Positions 39,426 through 48,861 of a DNA stretch of 64,000 nucleotides are shown in pieces. Position 1 is the stretch's first letter. Each line of letters opens with the position of its first letter. The position numbers were made by a program, and so were the translations under genes. The notes under the pieces were generated by a model that saw only the letters and a list, made by a program, of their open reading frames with translations, was not told the origin of the DNA and did not search any database. The stretch comes from a virus, in the IMG/VR virus record IMGVR_UViG_3300017917_003379. One strand, written 5' to 3'.

Positions 39426-40505
39426 ATGAGTAACAAAAACTTATTCAAAGAGGCTATCGCCGACGCCAAAGCCGTTCGCGAAGCAGCGTTAGCAAACGCA
39501 AAAGCCGCTCTTGAAGAAGCTTTAACTCCCAAACTTCAGTCTATGTTAGCTGCAAAGCTTAATGAAATGGCTGATGAAGAAGAGCTTGAAGAAGCAAGAG
39601 ACGACGAAAATGAAATGGAAGAAGGAATGCATCCTGACATTACCGGAGACACTATTCAAGACAAATACCGTGCAACTGGTGCTGCTCTTGAAGAAATGGG
39701 GATGGATATGGAAATAGATGAAGAAGACTTCGACTTATCTGAAATTTTAGCTGAACTTGAAGATGAAGAAGAAATTGAAGAAGATTTTGATTTATCTGAA
39801 ATCTTAGCTGAATTGAAAGAAGAAAAAGAAGAAGAGGAAGAGGAAGAAGAGGAAGAAGAAGAGAAAGAAGAGGAAGATGAAGAATTAGAGATCAAAGACA
39901 TGAGTGTTGAAGATCTTAAAGATCTTATCCGCGACATCGTATCCCAAGAAATGGAAGAAGAAGCTCCTGCTGGTGAAATGGAAGCTGAACCTTCTATGGA
40001 AATGGGTGGTGAAGAAATGACTAGCGATGATGAAGATGAGATTGATTTAGAAGAACTTTTAGCTGAATTAGATTCTTTAGACGGAACATCCGAGCTTGAA
40101 GAAGCTAAGAAGAAAAAAGCTAAGCAAGATGAAAAAGCTAAAAAAGAAAAAGAAAAAGAACTTGCTGAGGCTATTAGAACTATTAACACCCTTCGTAAAG
40201 AATTAAACGAAGTTAACTTATTAAATGCTAAGTTAATTTATGTTAACAAAATCTTTAAAGCTAAGAATTTAACTGAATCACAAAAAGTAAAAGTAATTTC
40301 TTCGTTTGACCAAGCAACAACTGTAAAAGAAGCTAAAGTTGTATTTGAATCCTTAAATATGGCTTTAACAACAGCTCCTGCCAAAAAGCAAATTAAAGAA
40401 TCTTTAGGATTTGCTTCTAAAGCTGCTGGTGTAGCTCCTAAAAAAGTAATTGTTGAGTCTAATGACGTAATTGCTCGTATGCAAAAACTTGCAAACATTA
40501 AATAA
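39426..40505 (+). CDS. Prohead scaffold/core protein (gp22-like role)
   Basis: Very acidic coiled coil directly upstream of MCP; many LxE sites; ends VIARMQKLANIK. Confidence 0.85.
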   Translation: MSNKNLFKEAIADAKAVREAALANAKAALEEALTPKLQSMLAAKLNEMADEEELEEARDDENEMEEGMHPDITGDTIQDKYRATGAALEEMGMDMEIDEEDFDLSEILAELEDEEEIEEDFDLSEILAELKEEKEEEEEEEEEEEEKEEEDEELEIKDMSVEDLKDLIRDIVSQEMEEEAPAGEMEAEPSMEMGGEEMTSDDEDEIDLEELLAELDSLDGTSELEEAKKKKAKQDEKAKKEKEKELAEAIRTINTLRKELNEVNLLNAKLIYVNKIFKAKNLTESQKVKVISSFDQATTVKEAKVVFESLNMALTTAPAKKQIKESLGFASKAAGVAPKKVIVESNDVIARMQKLANIK

Positions 40506-40542
40506 CCAAAACAATTAAAACAAAAACAAAAATTTAAACAAA

Positions 40543-42183
40543 ATGAACATCCAACAATTATTAGAGTCGTCTAACCAATATAAGGTTATTGCTGACGACG
40601 CAAGAAAACTTAACTCCAAGTGGGTTAAATCTGGCCTTTTAGAAGGTTTAAAGAATGAGAACGATCGCAACACTATGGCGATGTTACTCGAAAACCAAGC
40701 TAAGCAATTAGTAACTGAAGCTTCTCAAACTGGTACTGCTACCATCGGTGGTGGTGGATATGGTCAGGAAGCTTGGAATGGTGTAGCTTTACCATTAGTA
40801 CGTCGTGTATTTGGTGAAATCGCCGCTAAAGAATTCGTTAGTGTACAGCCTATGAATTTACCTTCTGGTCTTGTATTCTATTTAGATTTCAAATACGGTA
40901 GCAACTTCCCCGATCCTTTCACCCAGAATGGTTCTTTATATGGTGCTAACGCTACTACTAACGTAACTGACATTGCTTCTCAGTCGCTTTATGGTGCTGG
41001 TCGCTTTGGTTACACTATCAACCAATTCTCTGCTTCTATTACCAATGCTGGTACTAGTTCAGCTACATGGGCTGATTTCAACTTTGATTCTGACTATTCA
41101 GCTTCTGCTGCTGCTGGTTCTTGGAAGAAAATCTTAGTTCCCCTTCCTTCTACTGCTGATCAGCTTGGCGTTCGTGCTTTCACTATCGCTTCTGGTTCTA
41201 TCGGTGTAAGTGATGTATTACAAGCTTTCACTACTGTAACTAACAGTACTGCTTCGTTTATTGTTACTGGTTCGCTTGTAGCTGCTAATATGAGTCCTAC
41301 TGCTGCTACTGTAACATTATATTTCAATGTTGCTCCTCTTTCTACTGCTCGTGGTGATTTTGAAGATGCTAGCGGTGCTGGTTATCCTTCATACAACAGC
41401 ACAGCTGCTGGTGCAGGTAGTGCAATTGCTATTCCTGAAATCAATGTTCAGTTAAAATCTGAGCCTATTGTTGCTAAAACTCGTAAGTTAAAAGCACAGT
41501 GGACTCCAGAATTCGCTCAGGATCTTAACGCTTACCATAGTGTAGATGCTGAAGCTGAATTAACTGGTATTCTATCTCAGTACATCTCTATGGAAATCGA
41601 CCTCGAAATTCTAGATATGTTAATCCAAAATGCTTTCACTAAAGATTACTGGAGTGCTGTCAACAACGTAACTATCGACTCTAACGGTGTTACTAATCCT
41701 GCTGCTTTAGCTTCTGGTTATTACAACACTCAGGGTGGTTGGTTCCAAACTTTAGGTACTAAACTTCAGAAAGTATCTAACAAAATTCATCAGTTAACTC
41801 TTCGTGGTGGCGCTAACTTCCTCGTAACTTCTCCCACTGTAGCTACTATCCTTGAATCTATTCCTGGATTTGCTGCTGATGGTGATGGTGAAAAGATGGA
41901 ATTCAACTTCGGTATTCAGAAGGTTGGTTCTCTCAATAGCCGTTACAAGGTTTATAAGAACCCATACATGACTGAAAACGTAATCTTAATGGGTTACAAA
42001 GGTGCTCAGTTCCTTGAGTGTGGTGCTGTATTTGCTCCATATGTGCCTTTAATCATGACTCCTCTTCTTTACGATCCTAATACCTTCACTCCACGTAAAG
42101 GTTTGATGACTCGTTACGCTAAGAAGATGATTAGACCGGACTATTATGGGAAGATTTATGTTAGTGGTTTAAATACTCTCTAA
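40543..42183 (+). CDS. Major capsid protein (T4 gp23-like)
   Basis: LLENQ; LPLVRR; VQPM..PSGLVF; AKTRKLKAQWT.E.AQDL.A.H; FAPYVPL; TPRKGLMTRY. Confidence 0.97.
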   Translation: MNIQQLLESSNQYKVIADDARKLNSKWVKSGLLEGLKNENDRNTMAMLLENQAKQLVTEASQTGTATIGGGGYGQEAWNGVALPLVRRVFGEIAAKEFVSVQPMNLPSGLVFYLDFKYGSNFPDPFTQNGSLYGANATTNVTDIASQSLYGAGRFGYTINQFSASITNAGTSSATWADFNFDSDYSASAAAGSWKKILVPLPSTADQLGVRAFTIASGSIGVSDVLQAFTTVTNSTASFIVTGSLVAANMSPTAATVTLYFNVAPLSTARGDFEDASGAGYPSYNSTAAGAGSAIAIPEINVQLKSEPIVAKTRKLKAQWTPEFAQDLNAYHSVDAEAELTGILSQYISMEIDLEILDMLIQNAFTKDYWSAVNNVTIDSNGVTNPAALASGYYNTQGGWFQTLGTKLQKVSNKIHQLTLRGGANFLVTSPTVATILESIPGFAADGDGEKMEFNFGIQKVGSLNSRYKVYKNPYMTENVILMGYKGAQFLECGAVFAPYVPLIMTPLLYDPNTFTPRKGLMTRYAKKMIRPDYYGKIYVSGLNTL

Positions 42184-42196
42184 TATATAACAAATA

Positions 42197-42251
42197 TTTA
42201 GTCCCGTAAGACTAAAAAAACAAAAGGCTCGAGGTAATACTCGGGCCTTTT
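42197..42251 (+). terminator. CCGTAA-loop hairpin plus intrinsic terminator after MCP
   Basis: tttagtc-ccgtaa-gactaaa; aaaaggctcgag-gtaata-ctcgggcctttt. Confidence 0.75.
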
Positions 42252-42257
42252 TATATA

Positions 42258-42341
42258 TTTAAAGGCGGTTCGTTTCATTATACTAATACACAACCTCTTA
42301 CTGTAAATGAAAATAGAGTAAAATCTGATAAAATAACATGA
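42258..42341 (+). pseudogene. HNH endonuclease C-terminal relic
   Basis: FKGGSFHYTNTQPLTVNENRVKSDKIT*; no in-frame ATG back to TAA 42213; TGA overlaps next ATG. Confidence 0.7.
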
Positions 42342-42811
42342 AATTAATAGAAATTATACAACAATTAATTCAAGAAAATAAAGATTTTCCTTGGATAGAA
42401 CAACGTGAATATGAATTATTAGCTGAATTTAATTATAATTTAGAAGATACATATCCAATAACAAATGAATTACCATTTAATATTGAATTTAAAGATGAAC
42501 AAAATGGATTAAATATTACTAAAGGTAAATTAAATAATGATTTTATTGAGATAAAATTATATTGGGTAGATAATCAAGGTAAAGTAAGAATGGATACACC
42601 TGAAGGTATTTTACCCAAAACAATGAATACTCATTTGAATAATATTTTAAATAAATTTTTACCTAATTATAATAAATTTTTAATAAGACCTAATGATGAT
42701 GTAAGATATAGATTATTCCAATTATTACTAAACAAATATATTAATAAAAATCAATGGAATATGGAATTTAATCCTGAAAATAAATCAATATTTTTAGTTA
42801 AGTATACTTAG
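42338..42811 (+). CDS. Hypothetical protein, class A-like tag
   Basis: MKLIEIIQQLIQE...LLAE. Confidence 0.7.
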   Translation: MKLIEIIQQLIQENKDFPWIEQREYELLAEFNYNLEDTYPITNELPFNIEFKDEQNGLNITKGKLNNDFIEIKLYWVDNQGKVRMDTPEGILPKTMNTHLNNILNKFLPNYNKFLIRPNDDVRYRLFQLLLNKYINKNQWNMEFNPENKSIFLVKYT

Positions 42812-42862
42812 CCCCGTAAGGTTAAAAATTTAAAACCCGAGCCCGTAAGCTCGGGTTTTTTC
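42808..42862 (+). terminator. Second CCGTAA hairpin plus intrinsic terminator
   Basis: ttagcc-ccgtaa-ggttaa; aaaacccgagc-ccgtaa-gctcgggtttttt. Confidence 0.8.
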
Positions 42863-42878
42863 TTATATTTATACGAGA

Positions 42879-43154
42879 ATGAATATTAAAATTGACATAT
42901 TCAATGAGATACCTTGGCCTCAATTTAGACAACTAAAAGAGGTAGCTCATTTATCTGAAAGAGATAAAATAAGACATTATAATTTTTATCTGGAACAACT
43001 AAACACAGCTAGATTCCAAAATTGGTATAATGCTCAACCTAAAGGACCAAGAAAAGTAATAGTAGCTGAAGGTTTTCTCCAACAGGAAAATTTATTTTAT
43101 ATATTACAAGAAGATGGATCTAAAATTTACATAACAATAGAAAAAGAAATTTAA
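42879..43154 (+). CDS. Hypothetical virion-associated protein
   Basis: C-terminal FLQQENLFYILQEDGSKI motif. Confidence 0.65.
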   Translation: MNIKIDIFNEIPWPQFRQLKEVAHLSERDKIRHYNFYLEQLNTARFQNWYNAQPKGPRKVIVAEGFLQQENLFYILQEDGSKIYITIEKEI

Positions 43155-43164
43155 ACATACACCT

Positions 43165-43722
43165 ATGCCAGATTTACCAATATCACAATTACCAGTTGCA
43201 GGAACTCTAACTGGAACTGAATTATTTCCTTTAGTACAAGGAGGTGTTACAAAATATAGTACTTTAGATACTATAAACAAGTATGATAAAACGTATGGAG
43301 CCTTTCAAACTAACCAAACATTATCAGGTTCAGCCAACGTATCTCAGTCTTTTATAATAGATACTTTAGATGAAGCTATAGGAATAAGCATATCTGACAA
43401 TTCTAAAATTGTGTTTAGTAAAACTGGAGTATACAACATACAATTTTCAGCACAAATAGCTCAAGGGCCATCTTCTGGCACTGTGTATATTTGGTTTAAA
43501 CGTAATGGATCTAACATTATTGAATCTAATACAGCAGTAACTGTTCCTAGTAATCAGTTTTTAGTAGCAGCATGGAATTTTGTAAAAACATTTAACGCTG
43601 GGGACTATGCTGAAATAGCATGGTTAAGCACTAGTTCTAACACTACATTCCCATATACAAACCCAGGATTAGGAATGCCTGTAATTCCTGCTCTTATAGT
43701 TACAGTAACTCAAATAAGATAA
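43165..43722 (+). CDS. Virion decoration/fibre-like protein (C1q-like beta domain)
   Basis: LPISQLP..LTGTELFPLVQGG; GVYNIQFSAQ..WFKRNG..GDYAEI. Confidence 0.55.
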   Translation: MPDLPISQLPVAGTLTGTELFPLVQGGVTKYSTLDTINKYDKTYGAFQTNQTLSGSANVSQSFIIDTLDEAIGISISDNSKIVFSKTGVYNIQFSAQIAQGPSSGTVYIWFKRNGSNIIESNTAVTVPSNQFLVAAWNFVKTFNAGDYAEIAWLSTSSNTTFPYTNPGLGMPVIPALIVTVTQIR

Positions 43723-43744
43723 TATTTATATTAAATGATACAGT

Positions 43745-44413
43745 ATGAGAGAACCTAATCGTGAGCGTAAAACAGATATTAAATCTATTAACGCTATACA
43801 GTTAAATGAAGAACAGAAAGAAGCAAAAAAACTAATAGTTGATAATCAAATAGTAATAGTAACAGGAAGAGCAGGTTCGGGTAAATCATTAGTATGTGCC
43901 CAAGCTGCTCTTGATTTTTTAAAGAAAAAACAAATAGACTGTATATATAATACTAGAGCTGCAATTGAAGTAGGTAAAAGTTTAGGGTATTTACCTGGTA
44001 ATTTAGGTGAAAAATTTGATCCATACATGGAAGCTCTTGTTGAAAATTTAAATAAATGTTGTACAAATAAAAGAGAAATTCCTGATTTAGTTGCTGATGG
44101 GAAAATAAAAGCAATGCCTGTTCAATTTATTCGTGGTAAAACAATAGACGATATGTTAATTGTAGAAGAAGCACAAAATCTAACTAAAGGTGAAATGCTA
44201 GCAATATTAACTCGTTTAGGTAAAACAGGTAAAATTGTCATAAATGGAGATAATGAACAATCAGATATCAGAACTCCTGATGGACAAATGAATGGTTTGC
44301 AATATGCAATTGAATTATCTAAAAAAATAGATGGAATTAAGTGGATTAAATTAAAAGAAAACCATAGAAGTGACCTAGTAGGTAAGATACTTGAGTATGA
44401 ATATGGGAAGTAA
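43745..44413 (+). CDS. phoH: PhoH-family ATPase
   Basis: GRAGSGKS; LGYLPG..EKFDPY; FIRGKT; EEAQN; LTRLG; GD..QSD; HRS. Confidence 0.92.
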   Translation: MREPNRERKTDIKSINAIQLNEEQKEAKKLIVDNQIVIVTGRAGSGKSLVCAQAALDFLKKKQIDCIYNTRAAIEVGKSLGYLPGNLGEKFDPYMEALVENLNKCCTNKREIPDLVADGKIKAMPVQFIRGKTIDDMLIVEEAQNLTKGEMLAILTRLGKTGKIVINGDNEQSDIRTPDGQMNGLQYAIELSKKIDGIKWIKLKENHRSDLVGKILEYEYGK

Positions 44414-44444
44414 GTATATTTATACGTGTTAAATACTAGGTATA

Positions 44445-46085
44445 ATGGCTGTAAACTTAAAAGATTTATACGATATTTACGGAGGTAACCCTTCATATCT
44501 TTCCCCAGTAAAAGGAAACACCCCGTTTGAATATTACACAAATGACCCTGAATTCACCACAGATGCACTCAGTGTGGCTCGTTTTGTTGCTCAAAGATTA
44601 GGTGTAGTAGGTAGTACTTTTAATAATATTACACAACAGTGTAATCCTTCTCCTAGTGTTTTAAGCATTACTGATTTAACAGTATATGCTGCTTTTGAAG
44701 AAGCAGTTACTACTTATGGTAATTTAGTTTACCAATATAAGATTAGAGATCAATACATTAATATGGAAGGTTCAGAAACATTACCTTTCTTCCATAATAC
44801 TATTACGTATGTTAATAGTAATGATGTAAATTCTCCTATAACTTGGTCTTCTGCTAGAGTAGCTCTTTGGAATGATATAGACAATGAACCCTCTTTATCT
44901 GCATCCGTAGCTGCAGGAAACATATATGTTATTTCAGCATCGATAGCCGATTTTATTAATCCTGATTTAAATTTTATTAAATCATTTAATTTAGCTGATA
45001 ACTATACTAGTGGAAGTACAAACTATAATTTAAGTTCATTTGTTTATAACCAGTTTAATAAAGTAGCAGGTCCTACTTCAGCTTCTGTTATTACATCAGG
45101 TAAAGACTATGTGTACTTATTTACTACTAATCCTGATATAGCAGGTGGATCAACATTCTTTGGAGCTAATCCAATACCAACTGTTTATATACAGTCTAAT
45201 TTAAAGAATGCTTTAAATAATAAATTACTAAATAATAATTTAGCCACTATTACTACTCGTATAGCAGAAGACTATGCTGCTGAAGCAGGTGTTGGTGGTT
45301 TTTATAATGTAAAAACAGGCTCGTTATATATGACAACGGGTCAACAAAATTACAATTTAAACGCTTGGGCTTCAGCTTCAGCATCATTAGCTGAAGGAGA
45401 CTCAATTGAAATTAGAAGAGTATTTTACCAACAACAACCAGCAATTGTTCGTTATTTTGATCCATATGCTGGTACAGGTACAGGTATCCAATCATTACTT
45501 GAATCATTTGGATTTGGTCAATTTTCTCCTGGTATTAATTTCTTATTAATGCCTATATATTTTGACGTTCAAAAAGTACAAGCGATTGAACTAAATGACC
45601 AAATAAGAAAAGCAGATTATTCATTTGATTTAAGAAATAATCAGTTAAAAATATTCCCCATACCAACAGAGGATAGATTATTGTTTTTTGAATACGTTAC
45701 TACAAGTGATAAAAACAACATATTAAGGGATAAAAGAACAAATGTAGTAACAGATATAATGAATGTGCCTTATAAAAATCCCATTTATTCCAACATTAAT
45801 ACCGTTGGTAGAACCTGGATATTTAGATACACATTAGCCATCTGTAAAGAAATTGAAGCACATATCCGTATCCAGTTTGCTAATATGCAAATTCAAGGAG
45901 TAGGACCGCTTCAAGGTAGTGAATTAATCACTGATGCTAGAACAGAAAAAGAAAACCTAATTACTGAACTAAAGGAAATGTTAAATGAAACATCACGTAA
46001 AGGTCAGCTTGAACGTAAACAACAAGAAGCTCAATTTACTCGTGATACATTAGCAAATGTTCCTTTACCAATCTATATAATGTAA
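44445..46085 (+). CDS. Neck/head-tail adaptor protein (gp13-like) with insertion
   Basis: FVAQRLG; AFEEAV; LKIFPIP; WIFRYTLAICKE; G.ELITDA.TEKE.L; position. Confidence 0.6.
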   Translation: MAVNLKDLYDIYGGNPSYLSPVKGNTPFEYYTNDPEFTTDALSVARFVAQRLGVVGSTFNNITQQCNPSPSVLSITDLTVYAAFEEAVTTYGNLVYQYKIRDQYINMEGSETLPFFHNTITYVNSNDVNSPITWSSARVALWNDIDNEPSLSASVAAGNIYVISASIADFINPDLNFIKSFNLADNYTSGSTNYNLSSFVYNQFNKVAGPTSASVITSGKDYVYLFTTNPDIAGGSTFFGANPIPTVYIQSNLKNALNNKLLNNNLATITTRIAEDYAAEAGVGGFYNVKTGSLYMTTGQQNYNLNAWASASASLAEGDSIEIRRVFYQQQPAIVRYFDPYAGTGTGIQSLLESFGFGQFSPGINFLLMPIYFDVQKVQAIELNDQIRKADYSFDLRNNQLKIFPIPTEDRLLFFEYVTTSDKNNILRDKRTNVVTDIMNVPYKNPIYSNINTVGRTWIFRYTLAICKEIEAHIRIQFANMQIQGVGPLQGSELITDARTEKENLITELKEMLNETSRKGQLERKQQEAQFTRDTLANVPLPIYIM

Positions 46086-46086
46086 T

Positions 46087-46677
46087 ATGGCGTGGCCTAG
46101 AACTGGATTAGTATATCTTAATAACACTAGTGTTCCCACACCTGGTGTTTGTTTATCAACAGCAGCAACAGGCTCTTGTGGTGGAGGACCTGGTGGTGGA
46201 GGTGGAACTGGTGGTGGAGGTGGAGGAGGATTAGATCCTATTTTGGTAGGTCAAATACTTAACACTAACCAAAACGTTATATATTACAAAATAAATCTAG
46301 AACAAACAGTAACAAATATGTATGGTGAGTCACTAGAAAAGTGGTACTATACTGGAGTAGATGTACGTTGTAATATAAATAGAGGAGCAACTTCTAATCC
46401 AGATGATGAGTTTGGTATAGGTATAGCTCAAAATATAACAGTAGACATACCTAGAGCTCTTATCCAAACATATAATTTTCTACCAGAAGTAGGAGATATA
46501 TTAATGGACAGAGAAAGATATTATGAAGTAAATGCTGTGGATTCACAATTTGTAACTATACCAGGAACGGGAGCGTCAAATAGTGTACAAGGAACAACAG
46601 GACAAATTGTAATGTTTTCCTTATCATGTTATTTAACAAGAATAACAAAACTTAATATTATACCATATTATCAATGA
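46087..46677 (+). CDS. Head-closure/neck protein (gp14-like)
   Basis: NMYGES; PEVGDIL..YYEV; N-terminal poly-Gly. Confidence 0.55.
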   Translation: MAWPRTGLVYLNNTSVPTPGVCLSTAATGSCGGGPGGGGGTGGGGGGGLDPILVGQILNTNQNVIYYKINLEQTVTNMYGESLEKWYYTGVDVRCNINRGATSNPDDEFGIGIAQNITVDIPRALIQTYNFLPEVGDILMDRERYYEVNAVDSQFVTIPGTGASNSVQGTTGQIVMFSLSCYLTRITKLNIIPYYQ

Positions 46678-47012
46678 TGAAAATAGCAAATATATTACTT
46701 GAAGGAGCTACTTTATATAAAGTAGATATCTTGATTAAAACCAAGAAAGAAGCTAATAAAGTAGAAATATATAATCAAATTAGAGCATTAACAAATGTTG
46801 TAGTTGTTACTGTTGAGCAAAATGATTTCTTAATTAGTAAATCAACTGATCAGTTTGATTATGAATTATTACATATAAAATTCTTATCAACTAAAGAACC
46901 TAAAGAAACTATAGATGAAATTAAAAAAGATGCCATGATTACTAGACGTATTCCTGGTTTGCTTCAATTCATAGTAAGGTATAAAACAATTCAATCAAAA
47001 GGTAAATATTAA
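46674..47012 (+). CDS. Hypothetical protein, class A-like tag
   Basis: MKIANILLE; IRALTNVVVV. Confidence 0.65.
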   Translation: MMKIANILLEGATLYKVDILIKTKKEANKVEIYNQIRALTNVVVVTVEQNDFLISKSTDQFDYELLHIKFLSTKEPKETIDEIKKDAMITRRIPGLLQFIVRYKTIQSKGKY

Positions 47013-47016
47013 TATA

Positions 47017-47370
47017 ATGATAAAACTATTAAACATACTAAGCGAATTAGAAAAACCCCAACAAATATATAGTCCAGGATATGGACCTGGAAATGAACCT
47101 GATCAATTAATTTCAAAAGGATTCACAACTACTCCTCCAGAAATAGATCCAGAAACTGGAAGATCAACTTCTTTCGTAAAATATTTACCTGCATTCAAAC
47201 AAATGCGTATTGATCTTGTAAAAAAAAGAAATGAAGTAAAACCATTTAAATTTTCTTCTAACCCTGATATAGCTAATACAGCTAAAGAAGTAGATAAAAT
47301 AATGGGTAAACTATCTCAATTAATATTTGTTTTAGATAAAATGGTTGAATTACAGCAAAAAAATAGATAA
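47017..47370 (+). CDS. Hypothetical protein, class A tag
   Basis: MIKLLNILSE. Confidence 0.7.
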   Translation: MIKLLNILSELEKPQQIYSPGYGPGNEPDQLISKGFTTTPPEIDPETGRSTSFVKYLPAFKQMRIDLVKKRNEVKPFKFSSNPDIANTAKEVDKIMGKLSQLIFVLDKMVELQQKNR

Positions 47371-48644
47371 TGGCTCGTCCTAGAAAACCAACACCTTTAA
47401 ATCAATCTCAAATTACTAATAAGGTTATCAACCCACCTTATTTAGATAATACTGCTAGAGATGTACAGGAGACTTTATTTTCTCAAAATAGAGGTGAAAA
47501 TCTTTCTATGAGGGGGGATAAAGTAAAAACAGTCAGTGTTGGTATACAGGATATAGATGAGGCTGTAATTTATTATTTTAATAATATAATTAAACCTACT
47601 GTTATTCAAGATGGGAACAGAATAGCTGTAAAAGCTATATATGCTTCCCCTGAACGTTGGAAATCTGTTCAAGCTGATGGTTTTTATAGAGATGGTAATG
47701 GGCAAACTGCTGTACCTTTAATTGTATTTAAACGTGATAATATTGAAAAAGTTAGAACATTAGGTAATAAACTAGATGGTAACTTTGCTGCTTTATATCA
47801 AGTAATAGGAACTAAATATAATTCTAGAAACCAATACGATAAATTTTCCATATTAAATAATAGAATCCCATCAGAACAATATTATTTATCAGTAGTACCT
47901 GACTATGTTACTGTAAGTTATAGTTGTATTGTATTTACTAATTTTGTAGAACAAAACAACAAAATAATAGAAGCAATTGAATACGCTTCTGATTCATATT
48001 GGGGTGATTTAAACAGATGGAGATTTAAAGCCACTATTGATTCATTTGCTACTACTACATTGATTGAAAATGGATTAGATAGAGCAGCCAAATCAACATT
48101 TAATATTAAATTAAATGGATATCTAATTCCAGATACAGTAAACCGAGATTTAACAGATGCTCGTAATAAATTCTATACTAAATCTCAAGTTATATTTGAT
48201 TTAGAAGTAGTAGATGCTGGTAGTACTACTAATGATATTGAAAGAATGAAATTTGCTAATAAAGCCCCTGCTGCAAATTCACTTGCAGCTACATCATTTA
48301 TTGGAGGAGGAGTTAACGTGACAAACAATAATACATACATAAGTACAGCCACATCAGGTGATTTAACATACCTTAATACTAATAAAACATTACAAGCAAC
48401 ATCTGTTACTGCACCTAACTCAGCAACATTTACAGGATCAATATTGCAACCTCCAGAAGGATCAACATTGCCTTCTACAACAGTAAATAACTTTACATTC
48501 TATATTAATGGTCAATATGTACCGTCTTCATTAGTTACTTTTGGTATAGGTATGGGAACAGTAACAGCTGTTTTCGATACAACTAATTTAGGTTATACAT
48601 TAGAAACAGATGATGAAATAATAGCAATAGGAAAATGGCAATAA
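47370..48644 (+). CDS. Tail terminator/completion-like protein (gp15-like) with C-terminal extension
   Basis: IYASPERW; PLIVFKR; PDYVTVSY; position. Confidence 0.5.
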   Translation: MARPRKPTPLNQSQITNKVINPPYLDNTARDVQETLFSQNRGENLSMRGDKVKTVSVGIQDIDEAVIYYFNNIIKPTVIQDGNRIAVKAIYASPERWKSVQADGFYRDGNGQTAVPLIVFKRDNIEKVRTLGNKLDGNFAALYQVIGTKYNSRNQYDKFSILNNRIPSEQYYLSVVPDYVTVSYSCIVFTNFVEQNNKIIEAIEYASDSYWGDLNRWRFKATIDSFATTTLIENGLDRAAKSTFNIKLNGYLIPDTVNRDLTDARNKFYTKSQVIFDLEVVDAGSTTNDIERMKFANKAPAANSLAATSFIGGGVNVTNNNTYISTATSGDLTYLNTNKTLQATSVTAPNSATFTGSILQPPEGSTLPSTTVNNFTFYINGQYVPSSLVTFGIGMGTVTAVFDTTNLGYTLETDDEIIAIGKWQ

Positions 48645-48645
48645 T

Positions 48646-48861
48646 ATGGCACGATTAAAATTAAAACAAATATTGTCTAATATGAGCTATAATAGTAGTT
48701 CAAATCAACTTACTATTAAGGGTGAAGAAAATGCTTTAATAATATCTGGTTCAGTACAAGTTACTTCAACTCCAACAACAACAGGATCTCTTACAATCCA
48801 AAATATAGACAGTTTTGGTGATTCAGGTAGCTTCTCTACATTAGATTTAGGGGAGTATTAA
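48646..48861 (+). CDS. Small virion protein
   Basis: ISGS/TGS/DSGS motifs; LDLGEY end. Confidence 0.6.
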   Translation: MARLKLKQILSNMSYNSSSNQLTIKGEENALIISGSVQVTSTPTTTGSLTIQNIDSFGDSGSFSTLDLGEY

